A DNA stretch of 64,000 nt from Ignavibacteriota bacterium (GTDB taxonomy: Bacteria > Bacteroidota > Ignavibacteria > Kapaibacteriales > UBA2268): contig JAGXGG010000049.1 in the NCBI GenBank assembly GCA_024636855.1, positions 20,362 through 84,361 on the forward strand, read 5' to 3'. A program made the translations under genes and the position numbers. Each line of letters opens with the position of its first letter. Position 1 is the first letter of the stretch. Shown here in pieces: positions 54,693 to 63,512 of this stretch. Below the pieces are notes generated by a model. That model saw only the letters and a list, made by a program, of their open reading frames with translations, had not been told where the DNA came from and did not search any database.

Positions 54693-55778
54693 AATTTTAA
54701 ACAGTATAAATCCACTCAAACTAACGAAAAAAATTAGTCGTCAGAAAGAACTAGTTGGTAAAGCACCTGGTTCTTTGATTTATACAGGTGAAGTGGTTGA
54801 TGTACCTGTCGAATTATCTGTTATCAGGTATAGTGAAAGCCATTATGATAGTTTTATACTAAAAAATGCTGCTGATGCTCATGAAGAAAAGGTGTAGATT
54901 ATATCTCATGGATAAATGTAGACGGAATACACGATGTAGATATAATAAAAACTATAGGTAAGGATTTTGATTTACACTCTCTACTACTCGAAGATATTTT
55001 AAATATTGAGCAAAGACCGAAAATAGAGATATATGGAGATAATCTAGTAGTATTCTTCAAGATGATGTATCTAAGAGATGATAAACTAGACATAGAACCT
55101 ATTAGTTTAGTTTTAGGTCCAAATTATCTGATATCATTTCAAGAGAAAAAGGGCGATATCTTTGATAATGTAAGAGCAAGAATTCAAAATCAAAATGGTA
55201 GAATTAGAAAGAGAGGTTCAGATTATCTCCTTTTTGCACTTATGGATGCTGTTGTAGATAATTACTTTGTAGTAATGGAAGATATAGCTGAAAAACTAGA
55301 GTTACTTGAAGATAAGCTATTCGAAGAAACAGATAATAAGCTTCTATACGAACTACAACAACACAGAAAACAAATTGTAAATATGAGACGATCGGTTTAT
55401 CCACTGCGGGAAGTAGTGAATAAGCTAAATAGAGCTGAGTTTGGGATTATTTCAGAGGATACAGAGCGATTTTTTAGAGACTTATATGATCACACAATAC
55501 AGATTATAGAAACTATTGAGACTTTCAAAGAGACTGTATCATCACTCAAAGATGTGTTTATGACTGGTGTCAGTAATAAGATGAATGAGATAATGAAAGT
55601 ACTGACTCTAATCGCCACTATATTTATACCAATCACCTTCGTAGCAGGAGTATATGGCATGAACTTCGAGTATATGCCGGAACTTAACTGGGAATATGGG
55701 TACGCAAGTGCATGGGGGCTTATGTTACTAATGGGTGGAGCTATGCTGGTTTATTTTAAAAAGAAGAAATGGCTGTAA
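54676..55778 (+). pseudogene. corA: CorA magnesium/cobalt transporter interrupted by a frameshift near 54885-54897
   Basis: The N-terminal 73 codons end at TAG 54895-54897. The CorA sequence continues without a gap in the other frame from 54885 (RKGVDYISWINVDGIHDVDIIKTIGKDFDLHSLLLEDILNIEQRPKIE...) through YGMNFEYMPEL and two C-terminal TM helices. The junction is gaagaaaaggtgtag. Confidence 0.8.
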
Positions 55779-56131
55779 AATATCAATTTCTAGAAGAATA
55801 CTTAGACACACTACCTACTATACAACGTCAAATAGTAAAAGAACTAGATAGATATATCATAACCTCTTCAGATAAATTAAATTTCAAATTCAGTTACGGA
55901 ATACCTTTTTACGAATATATTAAGAATGTCTGCTATATAAATTGTAAGAAAAACGGAATTGTCAATTTAGCTTTTTGGAACGGTAAATATCTGAATGATA
56001 TACCTGGACTTGAATTCGGAGGGCGAGTTATGATAAAAGCATTTACTTACAAGAGATTAGAAGATAAAAACGAAGAATTATTAGTATACACTCTCCAAGA
56101 AGCACTCCGAATTCAACATGAAATTTACTAG
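55769..56131 (+). CDS. DUF1801 (YdhG-like) domain protein
   Basis: 120 aa. The ..LD.LP.IQRQIVKELD.YI......L..KFSYGIPFY.. pattern. Its ATG overlaps the corA stop. Confidence 0.55.
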   Translation: MAVKYQFLEEYLDTLPTIQRQIVKELDRYIITSSDKLNFKFSYGIPFYEYIKNVCYINCKKNGIVNLAFWNGKYLNDIPGLEFGGRVMIKAFTYKRLEDKNEELLVYTLQEALRIQHEIY

Positions 56132-56135
56132 AATC

Positions 56136-56163
56136 TGTAACCAGAATTTCTGATGGCCGTCTA
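56136..56163 (+). promoter_or_regulatory. ECF-sigma-type promoter (TGTAAC-N16-CGTCTA)
   Basis: -35-like TGTAAC at 56136-56141, a 16-nt spacer, then -10-like CGTCTA at 56158-56163, 38 nt upstream of the ATG at 56201. This fits the generic ECF AAC-N16/17-CGT pattern. Confidence 0.5.
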
Positions 56164-56200
56164 AGAACTAAATTCAATCAACAAATCTTAGGTATAAATT

Positions 56201-56548
56201 ATGATACATATTGCTGGAATGTTTATTCCATTTACATTCTTTCTTTTGGTATTTGGAATTGCTTTTACTTTTTTGAGAACGAGGTCAAAAGAGAGATTAG
56301 CACTGATAGATAAAGGAATTGATGCATCTGTCTTTTATGGGGTTAAGAAAAATAAATTAGCATATTGGACACTTAGGTTTGGTGCATTAATGCTCGGTTT
56401 TGGTATAGGTCTTCTTGTAGGTTTTGTAATGGCTGATGCTTACAATGATGATATGTACATGGCGCCCCCTATATTCATTTTTTCTGGTTTATTCTGGATA
56501 ATTGAATTCCTAGTCGAAAGAAAGATAATACAAAAAGACAATAAATAG
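56201..56548 (+). CDS. small membrane protein (DUF6249-like), first gene of the ECF operon
   Basis: Three TM helices. The ..ERLALIDKG.. loop is typical of small membrane proteins encoded next to ECF sigma genes. Confidence 0.5.
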   Translation: MIHIAGMFIPFTFFLLVFGIAFTFLRTRSKERLALIDKGIDASVFYGVKKNKLAYWTLRFGALMLGFGIGLLVGFVMADAYNDDMYMAPPIFIFSGLFWIIEFLVERKIIQKDNK

Positions 56549-56561
56549 GACTTTTAATCAA

Positions 56562-57104
56562 TTGGAGGAAAAAGAACTAATAAGGAGAATAAACTCTGGC
56601 GAAAAGGAGTTATTCAAACATATAATAAACGAATATAATAACTTCGTTTACTCTATATGTGTGAATATACTTCGCAATCCTGAGGATGCTCGTGATGTTT
56701 CGCAAGATACTTTTTACAAAGCATATAAGGCTTTGAAGAGGTATGATGGTACAAAGAGTAAGCTATCTACTTGGCTTTATAAGATTGCTTATAACAAATG
56801 TATAGACTTTATTAGAAAGAAAAATAATTTTCTGAATTTAAAGTCATATTTAAAACAGAAAGAGAGTAAGTTTGACTATCAAGAGCACCATTTTGAAAAT
56901 GAGATAGTTGGAGAATTAATAGCTGAACTTTCTGAAAGTGATTCGGCATTGATTACTTTGTATTATCTAAACGAATTATCAATAAGAGAAATTTCGTTTA
57001 TAATAGATGACAACGAAAACAATATAAAAGTAAGGTTACATAGAATAAGAAAACAGCTAAAAGAATTAGCTAACAAGAAGTATAACAATGAACTTCAGAA
57101 GTGA
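56562..57104 (+). CDS. ECF-family RNA polymerase sigma-70 factor
   Basis: Region 2 (NFVYSICVNILRNPEDARDVSQDTFYKAYKAL..Y......STWLYKIAYNKCIDFIRK) and region 4 (LSIREISFIIDDNENNIKVRLHRIRKQLK). TTG start. Confidence 0.88.
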   Translation: MEEKELIRRINSGEKELFKHIINEYNNFVYSICVNILRNPEDARDVSQDTFYKAYKALKRYDGTKSKLSTWLYKIAYNKCIDFIRKKNNFLNLKSYLKQKESKFDYQEHHFENEIVGELIAELSESDSALITLYYLNELSIREISFIIDDNENNIKVRLHRIRKQLKELANKKYNNELQK

Positions 57105-57436
57105 AAAATATGGATAAAATAGAAGAAATACTAAAAGTAGATTTAGAAAGTAAAGCCGATAATAACTTTACAGATGACACTATGTCTTTTATAAAGAGAA
57201 AAGAACGAACAAAGAGGATAGCTCTCGGAGTTCTTATGCTTATAGTTGCAGCTATTTCATTACCATTTATTCCATTCGAATCTTTAAAAATTCAGAATAT
57301 ACCTTACCTTGATTTATCTATTGTTATTAATAGGAATTATGTATTTATAGCATTTACATTTACTATTATACTTTTCTTCGATACACTTTTCAGAAGTTTC
57401 TTAAATACGAACCAAGCAAGTAGTACAACAAAATAG
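57101..57436 (+). CDS. putative single-pass anti-sigma factor
   Basis: 4-nt overlap with the sigma gene. A short cytoplasmic N-terminus, then TM segments. Confidence 0.5.
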   Translation: MKNMDKIEEILKVDLESKADNNFTDDTMSFIKRKERTKRIALGVLMLIVAAISLPFIPFESLKIQNIPYLDLSIVINRNYVFIAFTFTIILFFDTLFRSFLNTNQASSTTK

Positions 57437-57459
57437 CTTACTAATTCGTATTATGCTAT

Positions 57460-58098
57460 ATGATGAAAAAAATAATAATTATATTTGCGCTATTAATTAG
57501 CACGTGGGCATGTACTAATGCTGACGAAAAACCTAAACATATAGATAAGGAAATAATGAGTAATTCAATTGATACTGCGATATTCGCATCTGGTTGTTTT
57601 TGGTGTACAGAAGCTATTTTCCAAGAACTAAATGGAGTGGAAAAAGTAGAATCTGGTTATATAGGTGGAGAAAAAGCAAATCCTTCGTATGAGGAAGTTT
57701 GTACAGGAAATACAGGTCACGCTGAAGCAACAAGAATATATTACAATCCAGAAATAATTACATTCAAAGAATTACTTGAAGTCTTTTGGAAGACTCATGA
57801 CCCCACAACTTTGAATCGCCAAGGGAATGATGTTGGTACACAATATCGTTCGGGCATATTTTACCTAAATGAAGAACAAAAGAATCTTGCTGAAGAATAC
57901 AAGAAAAAGTTGAACGATGCTGGAATCTATGATAATACAATAGTAACGGAAATCACTGAAGCTAGTGAGTTCTTTGTTGCAGAGAATTATCATCAGAACT
58001 ACTATAATCAAAACGGTAATCAACCCTATTGCAGCTTTGTTATAACTCCCAAAGTAGAGAAATTCAAAAAAGTATTCGAAGATAAGTTGAAAAAATAA
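57460..58098 (+). CDS. msrA: exported (lipoprotein) peptide-methionine (S)-S-oxide reductase
   Basis: Lipobox LLISTWAC. Catalytic GCFWCTE. GY.GG...NPSYE.VC.G.TGH.E.. and HDPT..NRQG.D.G.QYRS. Confidence 0.9.
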   Translation: MMKKIIIIFALLISTWACTNADEKPKHIDKEIMSNSIDTAIFASGCFWCTEAIFQELNGVEKVESGYIGGEKANPSYEEVCTGNTGHAEATRIYYNPEIITFKELLEVFWKTHDPTTLNRQGNDVGTQYRSGIFYLNEEQKNLAEEYKKKLNDAGIYDNTIVTEITEASEFFVAENYHQNYYNQNGNQPYCSFVITPKVEKFKKVFEDKLKK

Positions 58099-58163
58099 TT
58101 TTTGAATATTTCAATCTTTTTTATAATTTATCCTTGTCTTATTTTTAATATATTGAGGTAGTT

Positions 58164-59141
58164 ATGAAAAAGTTTTTTCTAATTCTTATTTCTGTAATAG
58201 TACTAGCTGTTGTTGGCATTATTACTTATGTGTCAACTGCATTGCCAAATGTAGGTGAGCCGGAAAACATAACAATAGATGTTACACCACAAATGCTCGA
58301 AAGAGGTAAATATTTAGCTGAAACAGTTTCTGGTTGTATTGACTGTCACTCTAAAAGAGATTTCTCGAAATGGGCTGGACCTATTAAAAGTGAATCTAAA
58401 GGAGGTGGGGGTGAACTTTTTTCTGAAGATATGGGTTTACCAGGTAATATTTATTCTAAGAATCTTACTCCATTTGCTTTAGGAGATTGGACTGATGGTG
58501 AGATTTATCGAGCTATTACTAGTGGTGTAAGTAAAGATGGGCATGCACTATTTCCTATTATGCCTTATCATAGTTATGGCAAAGTTGAGAAGAAAGATAT
58601 TTTTGCAATTATAGCTTACCTTAGAACATTAGAACCAAATAAGAACACTCCTCCAAAGACAGAATTAAACATACCTATGAACCTGATTGTCAATACAATA
58701 CCTCAAAAAGCTGAGCATAGTTTGAAAGATAATTATGATGACAAAGTTAAGCATGGAGAGTATTTAACTACAATTGCAGCTTGTGCAGATTGTCATACTC
58801 CAATGGAAAAAGGAGAATACATAGAAGGAATGAAATTTGCTGGAGGCATGGAGTTTAAATTTCCAAATGGAGATATTAATCGAACTGCAAATCTTACTCC
58901 TGATAAAAAAACAGGAATTGGTAACTTTTCTGAAGAACAGTTTGTCTCTAAATTCAAGTCTTATGCAGATAGCAATTATGTTATTCGAGATTTAGATGCT
59001 GGTGAAGTCAATACTATGATGCCTTGGTTGGTATATAGAAATATGAAAGAAGATGATTTGAAAGCAATTTATTCATATCTTATGACATTGAAACCTGTCA
59101 AAAACGAAATTAAATTATTTGAGAAGAAAAAGGAAAGTTAG
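58164..59141 (+). CDS. membrane-anchored di-haem c-type cytochrome
   Basis: N-terminal TM anchor. Two CxxCH motifs (CIDCH, CADCH), each followed by a distal Met-Pro region (LFPIMPY, TMMPW). Confidence 0.8.
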   Translation: MKKFFLILISVIVLAVVGIITYVSTALPNVGEPENITIDVTPQMLERGKYLAETVSGCIDCHSKRDFSKWAGPIKSESKGGGGELFSEDMGLPGNIYSKNLTPFALGDWTDGEIYRAITSGVSKDGHALFPIMPYHSYGKVEKKDIFAIIAYLRTLEPNKNTPPKTELNIPMNLIVNTIPQKAEHSLKDNYDDKVKHGEYLTTIAACADCHTPMEKGEYIEGMKFAGGMEFKFPNGDINRTANLTPDKKTGIGNFSEEQFVSKFKSYADSNYVIRDLDAGEVNTMMPWLVYRNMKEDDLKAIYSYLMTLKPVKNEIKLFEKKKES

Positions 59142-59144
59142 AAA

Positions 59145-60119
59145 ATGTATAAATTGTTAGCTTTATTAGTGATGTTGTCTTTTGTAACGGTAACAGCACA
59201 AGAGGACTTAATCGAAAAGAATTTCCCAAAAATTGGTGTGAATGGTAATTACAGAAGCTCTACACCCCAACCACTTAAAATTTTAGATGATTTAGGCGGT
59301 GAAGATAAAGTCTGGGATTATTCTACTCTAACAAATACTCAAGATTTGGAACAAGTCTTCTGGAAACCTATAACTGATGCATCTACTGTGGCTCAGAATA
59401 CATTTCCAACTGCTACTTATTTTCAAACACCATCATATATAACAGCTGTAACTAATTATATTTCTGCTGATCAAAATTCACAAAAACTATTGGGCTACAA
59501 AATAAATACGGACTATTTGAAATTTGATAAACCAGTAAATTACTATCCGTATCCTATGAAGTTTGGTCAAATATATGAGTCAGAATTCTCATACGATTAT
59601 CTTGGAAAAGCTCAGGGTAAATATACTGTAGTATATGATGGCTATGGTAAATTACAATTACCTGATATTACTATTGATAATGTGTTCAGACTAAAGCTTA
59701 CTTTTAGTACTGTCTTCGAAGAAGAACCAAATGACACTATCAAATCTACAGAATTTCAGTTTATCAATCCTGAAACTGGTAGACTTCTATTCACAGTATT
59801 AGAAGTATCTCCTGCTGAGAATCCTGAACAGAAAATATATAATTATCAGTACTTAGTATCTCCGATTATAACATCGGTTAATGAAGATCTAAGTGCTAAG
59901 ACAGAAATCTATCCTAATCCATCTTCTAATTTCATCAGTTTAGATGTACCTAACAGCATAATTTTAGATTATGATATAGTTGATATGAATGGGAGTATAA
60001 TTATAAGTTCTGACTTTGTGAGTACAATAGATATATCGAATTTAGCGGCTGGTACTTATTTCGTGAAAGCTAATTTAGTAAATAATGAAGTAGTCTTGAA
60101 AAAGTTTGTAAAGCAATAA
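59145..60119 (+). CDS. secreted hypothetical protein with T9SS C-terminal sorting domain
   Basis: Signal peptide. Tail EIYPNPSSNFISLDV...AGTYFVKANL..EVVLKKFVKQ. Confidence 0.6.
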   Translation: MYKLLALLVMLSFVTVTAQEDLIEKNFPKIGVNGNYRSSTPQPLKILDDLGGEDKVWDYSTLTNTQDLEQVFWKPITDASTVAQNTFPTATYFQTPSYITAVTNYISADQNSQKLLGYKINTDYLKFDKPVNYYPYPMKFGQIYESEFSYDYLGKAQGKYTVVYDGYGKLQLPDITIDNVFRLKLTFSTVFEEEPNDTIKSTEFQFINPETGRLLFTVLEVSPAENPEQKIYNYQYLVSPIITSVNEDLSAKTEIYPNPSSNFISLDVPNSIILDYDIVDMNGSIIISSDFVSTIDISNLAAGTYFVKANLVNNEVVLKKFVKQ

Positions 60120-60146
60120 TTTAAAGAATAGAATTAGAAAAATATA

Positions 60147-60175
60147 AAGCCGTTTTAGATATACTAGAACGGCTT
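60147..60175. terminator. hairpin between convergent genes
   Basis: Stem AAGCCGTT (60147-60154) / AACGGCTT (60168-60175). Only weak T-tracts on either side. Confidence 0.45.
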
Positions 60176-60188
60176 CTCATTGAAAAAA

Positions 60189-60404
60189 CTATTTTTCTTC
60201 TTGGCTGACTTTGCAAGTCTGAATGCCAAAGATAGTATATAGTGGACAGAAACTAATAAATGAAGTTAGTAGAAAAACTACAGCTAATATTAGTAGTATA
60301 GTACCGAGTAATCCAGAAATAACACCTGTGAAGAAAAGTACAGCTACTATAACTGCAATTATTATTCTTAGTATTCTGTCAGCAGAACCCATATTCTTTT
60401 TCAT
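60189..60404 (-). CDS. DUF2892 (YgaP-like) small membrane protein
   Basis: N.GSADRILRIIIAV... and the C-terminal FCPLYTIFGIQTC motif. 71 aa. Confidence 0.8.
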   Translation of the reverse strand: MKKNMGSADRILRIIIAVIVAVLFFTGVISGLLGTILLILAVVFLLTSFISFCPLYTIFGIQTCKVSQEEK

Positions 60405-60513
60405 AAAAACACCTTTAAAAAAGTTAATTATTATTTAAGAGTATTAACTCTTTAATCTAAGCTTTTAACTAATTAAATACAAATAAATTTAAAAATAAAG
60501 TTAATTTAACGAC

Positions 60514-61095
60514 ATGGAAACTAATACGATAATAGAGATAGTAGGGACAATCCTCAATTTAGCATTTTTAATCTTAGTTATACGAGAGAATATATGGTGT
60601 TGGTTGTTTGGTATACTAGGTTCTTTGGTAAGTATCTATTTATTTATTGAAACTAAACTCTATTCAGAGTCTATACTTTACAGCTACTATGTCATAATGG
60701 GAGTCTATGGTTGGCGTAAATGGTCTTCTAATAATGATGAAAAACCATTAAGGGTCTCTGAAACATCCCTTATAGTCCATGTTGGGTGGATATTGTTTTC
60801 TACTGCATTAGCTATTTCATTAGGCTGGCTATTCAACAATTATACTGATGCAAATAATCCTTACTTTGATGCGTTTACTACGATATTTGCATTTCTAGCC
60901 ACTTACTTTGAAGCAATAAAGCTTAGGTCAGCTTGGTTCTATTGGATTGCTATTAATGGGCTTTCAATATGGTTGTATTTGCAAAGAGGATTAGAGATTT
61001 ATTCAGTACTTATGTTAATTTATTTTATTTTGTCTTTCGTTGGTTTACTGAAATGGCAAAAAAGCTATATTCAATCTAAAATGGAATTATTATGA
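60514..61095 (+). CDS. pnuC: nicotinamide riboside transporter PnuC
   Basis: IEIVGTILNLAFLILVIRENIWCWLFGILGS.V.IYLF....LY.E..LY.YYV.MGVYGW..W pattern. 7 TM helices, 193 aa. Confidence 0.8.
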   Translation: METNTIIEIVGTILNLAFLILVIRENIWCWLFGILGSLVSIYLFIETKLYSESILYSYYVIMGVYGWRKWSSNNDEKPLRVSETSLIVHVGWILFSTALAISLGWLFNNYTDANNPYFDAFTTIFAFLATYFEAIKLRSAWFYWIAINGLSIWLYLQRGLEIYSVLMLIYFILSFVGLLKWQKSYIQSKMELL

Positions 61096-62021
61096 TAAAA
61101 AGAATTTTACTATTTATAACAGCCGGTTTGCTACTAACTTCTTGTATAGAGATTAATGTACACTATATCATAAACCCAGATAAATCTGGTAAAGTTGAGA
61201 CTAGTTATCTTATGCCTGTTGATCCGATGGGCTTTGGTGTTTCACTTGATGACCCAGAAGGTAAAGCAATGGAAGAAATGTACAAAATGTTCGATGAGTA
61301 TCCTGGTGTTAGTACTTGGAACAACATAAAATATGAATTCATCAACGATTCGGCAGATCTTATTATAAGCGCTACTGGATATTTCGATAATTTCAATAGC
61401 TTGAAAGAAAAAGGAATGCTTCCTTATGAAATACAAAAAGAAGGAAAAGACACATATTTTACCTTTAAGACTTACTTAGATTCCGTACACACTGAAGTAG
61501 AAAAATCTGAATTAAAATCCTTAGATGAACTAGGAATAACAGAAAAAGACCTCCAAGACTCGGTTCGCAAGCTGAAAAGAAACTACAAGAAAGGATTGGG
61601 TATGTTCGCCATGATGATGAGTAATATCGAATTCAACACTACTTACGAATTCGCGGGTACTATCTCTACTCCTAATGGTAATAAAATAGGGGATGGTTCT
61701 AAATTCAAAGTTGGTCTAGATGGTATGAAATTCCAAAACTATATGATGGAAGAGATGGACAATGACGAATATTATGAAAGTATAATAAGAGGCGCTTCGC
61801 CTTTCGATGTAGATACTGAGCCATCAGAAAACAAAGAAATGAAAAGAATGGTATTAGAGTTCCTATCTGGTGAGAAAGAAGATATAAGTAAGATCAAAGT
61901 AGATTTCGGCAAACCAAAATTCGACTACAAGAAAGAGCTAAAGAAAGCTAAGAAAGATTGGGATAGCTGGAAGAAGAAAAATGCCAAGTACAAAGAAGAA
62001 AATGATATGAAGAAGTCTTAG
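61092..62021 (+). CDS. hypothetical lipoprotein with Lys-rich tail, translationally coupled to pnuC
   Basis: ATGA start/stop overlap with pnuC. Lipobox LLLTSC. No recognisable domain. Confidence 0.5.
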   Translation: MIKRILLFITAGLLLTSCIEINVHYIINPDKSGKVETSYLMPVDPMGFGVSLDDPEGKAMEEMYKMFDEYPGVSTWNNIKYEFINDSADLIISATGYFDNFNSLKEKGMLPYEIQKEGKDTYFTFKTYLDSVHTEVEKSELKSLDELGITEKDLQDSVRKLKRNYKKGLGMFAMMMSNIEFNTTYEFAGTISTPNGNKIGDGSKFKVGLDGMKFQNYMMEEMDNDEYYESIIRGASPFDVDTEPSENKEMKRMVLEFLSGEKEDISKIKVDFGKPKFDYKKELKKAKKDWDSWKKKNAKYKEENDMKKS

Positions 62022-62126
62022 AAGTGGAGATAATCCAAGTCCAATGGATTATAATTCGGGGACATATATTTTCAACTTTGTTGATAATAATAAAGTTTAT
62101 TCAACGAATAAAGTACAAATAATCAG

Positions 62127-63440
62127 ATGACAAGAGCATTTATATTATTATTTTTTCTGTCTCTATTAATCTCGCTTAACATATATGCAGAGAAGTTGTG
62201 GGTTCAATCAAAACCACCAAAACAATCAAATGAAGGAGTAAATATGTTGATGTGTTTAGACAGCAATAATTGTTTTGCAATAGGTGATATGAATGATAGA
62301 ATAATTCTATATAACTCTACAAATCAAGGGCAAAGTTGGTCAGAGGTACTTGAGAAATATGACAATGAGAATACAGAAATTGTGAATGTGTTTAAATGTT
62401 TTATGACGGAAGTAAATAATTTTTATATTACTTATACTGATAGAGTTGCGCTAGAGTTAAGTAATGATGGTGGTAAAACATTTAGAACAATTTTATTCGG
62501 AGATTTATCTGAGAATGAGAATGATCTTTTCTTTGATATTACATTTTATAAAGATTCTATCTCTGCTGGTATAACAAGAAATGCTTTAGTTTATACTTCA
62601 GATAATTGGGAAACTAATAGTATAGTAACTATTCCCGACTCAATTACTTCAAATGACCCTATATACTTCATAGATTCTAACAATATAGTATTTTCAAGAG
62701 TCGATTATCATAATACCGATTTTATCAAATACGATATAGTTAATAAGGATTGGACTATATGGAGTAGAGGTGAGTTAGTTGATATTAAATATGAAGATTT
62801 CAATTATCTGCAATTCATAAATGACACATTGGGATATGGTTGTGGAGGCAAGTTAAATGGTATTGGTGGGCAATCAAATGATATAATTTGGAAAACTACA
62901 GACAAGGGTAGAACTTGGATAAAACTGATGGATCAGTTGAATTACCCAGGCTTTGGCATGAGGCAATTATCATTTAGGAATGAACTTCATGGGATAGCTG
63001 TAGGTAGTTGGGGCAAAATATTCGAAACAACAGATGGGGGTGAAAGTTGGTTTCAGTATCCAGTGCGAGAAGAAATGGCTAGTTTGGGTACTAGAATAAC
63101 TTGGGCAGGTTCAGTGGCGTTATTTACAACATGGAATAAGGGTATTTTCCGCCTAGAAACAGTTACAGATGTGGAAGAATTAAATTCAGATGAAAAGTTT
63201 AGAGTATTCCAATCAGGCGATAACTTAGAAATTGCTATTAATGATGAATCTTATTCGAATTATAGTTTCAGCTTATACAACAGTTCCGGTCAATCACTGC
63301 TGACTAGAGATATAAAATCAAGTTTTGGCTTCGTCTTCGAACCAGTAGATTTGATAGACCTTACAAATGGGGTCTACTATTACACTATTTCCAAGAATAA
63401 TGGTGCAGAGTTCAATGGGAAGTTAGTGATTGTGAAGTAA
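62127..63440 (+). CDS. BNR/Asp-box (Ycf48-like propeller) secreted protein with T9SS-like C-terminal domain
   Basis: Asp-boxes STNQGQSWS, SNDGGKTF, TTDKGRTWI, TTDGGESWF. C-terminal beta-sandwich tail ..GVYYYTISKNNGAEFNGKLVIVK. Confidence 0.65.
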   Translation: MTRAFILLFFLSLLISLNIYAEKLWVQSKPPKQSNEGVNMLMCLDSNNCFAIGDMNDRIILYNSTNQGQSWSEVLEKYDNENTEIVNVFKCFMTEVNNFYITYTDRVALELSNDGGKTFRTILFGDLSENENDLFFDITFYKDSISAGITRNALVYTSDNWETNSIVTIPDSITSNDPIYFIDSNNIVFSRVDYHNTDFIKYDIVNKDWTIWSRGELVDIKYEDFNYLQFINDTLGYGCGGKLNGIGGQSNDIIWKTTDKGRTWIKLMDQLNYPGFGMRQLSFRNELHGIAVGSWGKIFETTDGGESWFQYPVREEMASLGTRITWAGSVALFTTWNKGIFRLETVTDVEELNSDEKFRVFQSGDNLEIAINDESYSNYSFSLYNSSGQSLLTRDIKSSFGFVFEPVDLIDLTNGVYYYTISKNNGAEFNGKLVIVK

Positions 63441-63512
63441 GTTGGAGTAAGTTTAGGGGGATTTGAGACAGCCACGTCCTTTCAGTCCTCGCTGTGACAG
63501 ATAAAAAACCCG

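Noticed and set aside
54885-54897. Programmed ribosomal frameshift in corA
   Set aside because: The junction (gaa gaa aag gtg tag) has no X XXY YYZ slippery heptamer and no obvious downstream stimulatory structure. A mutation or a homopolymer sequencing error is more parsimonious.
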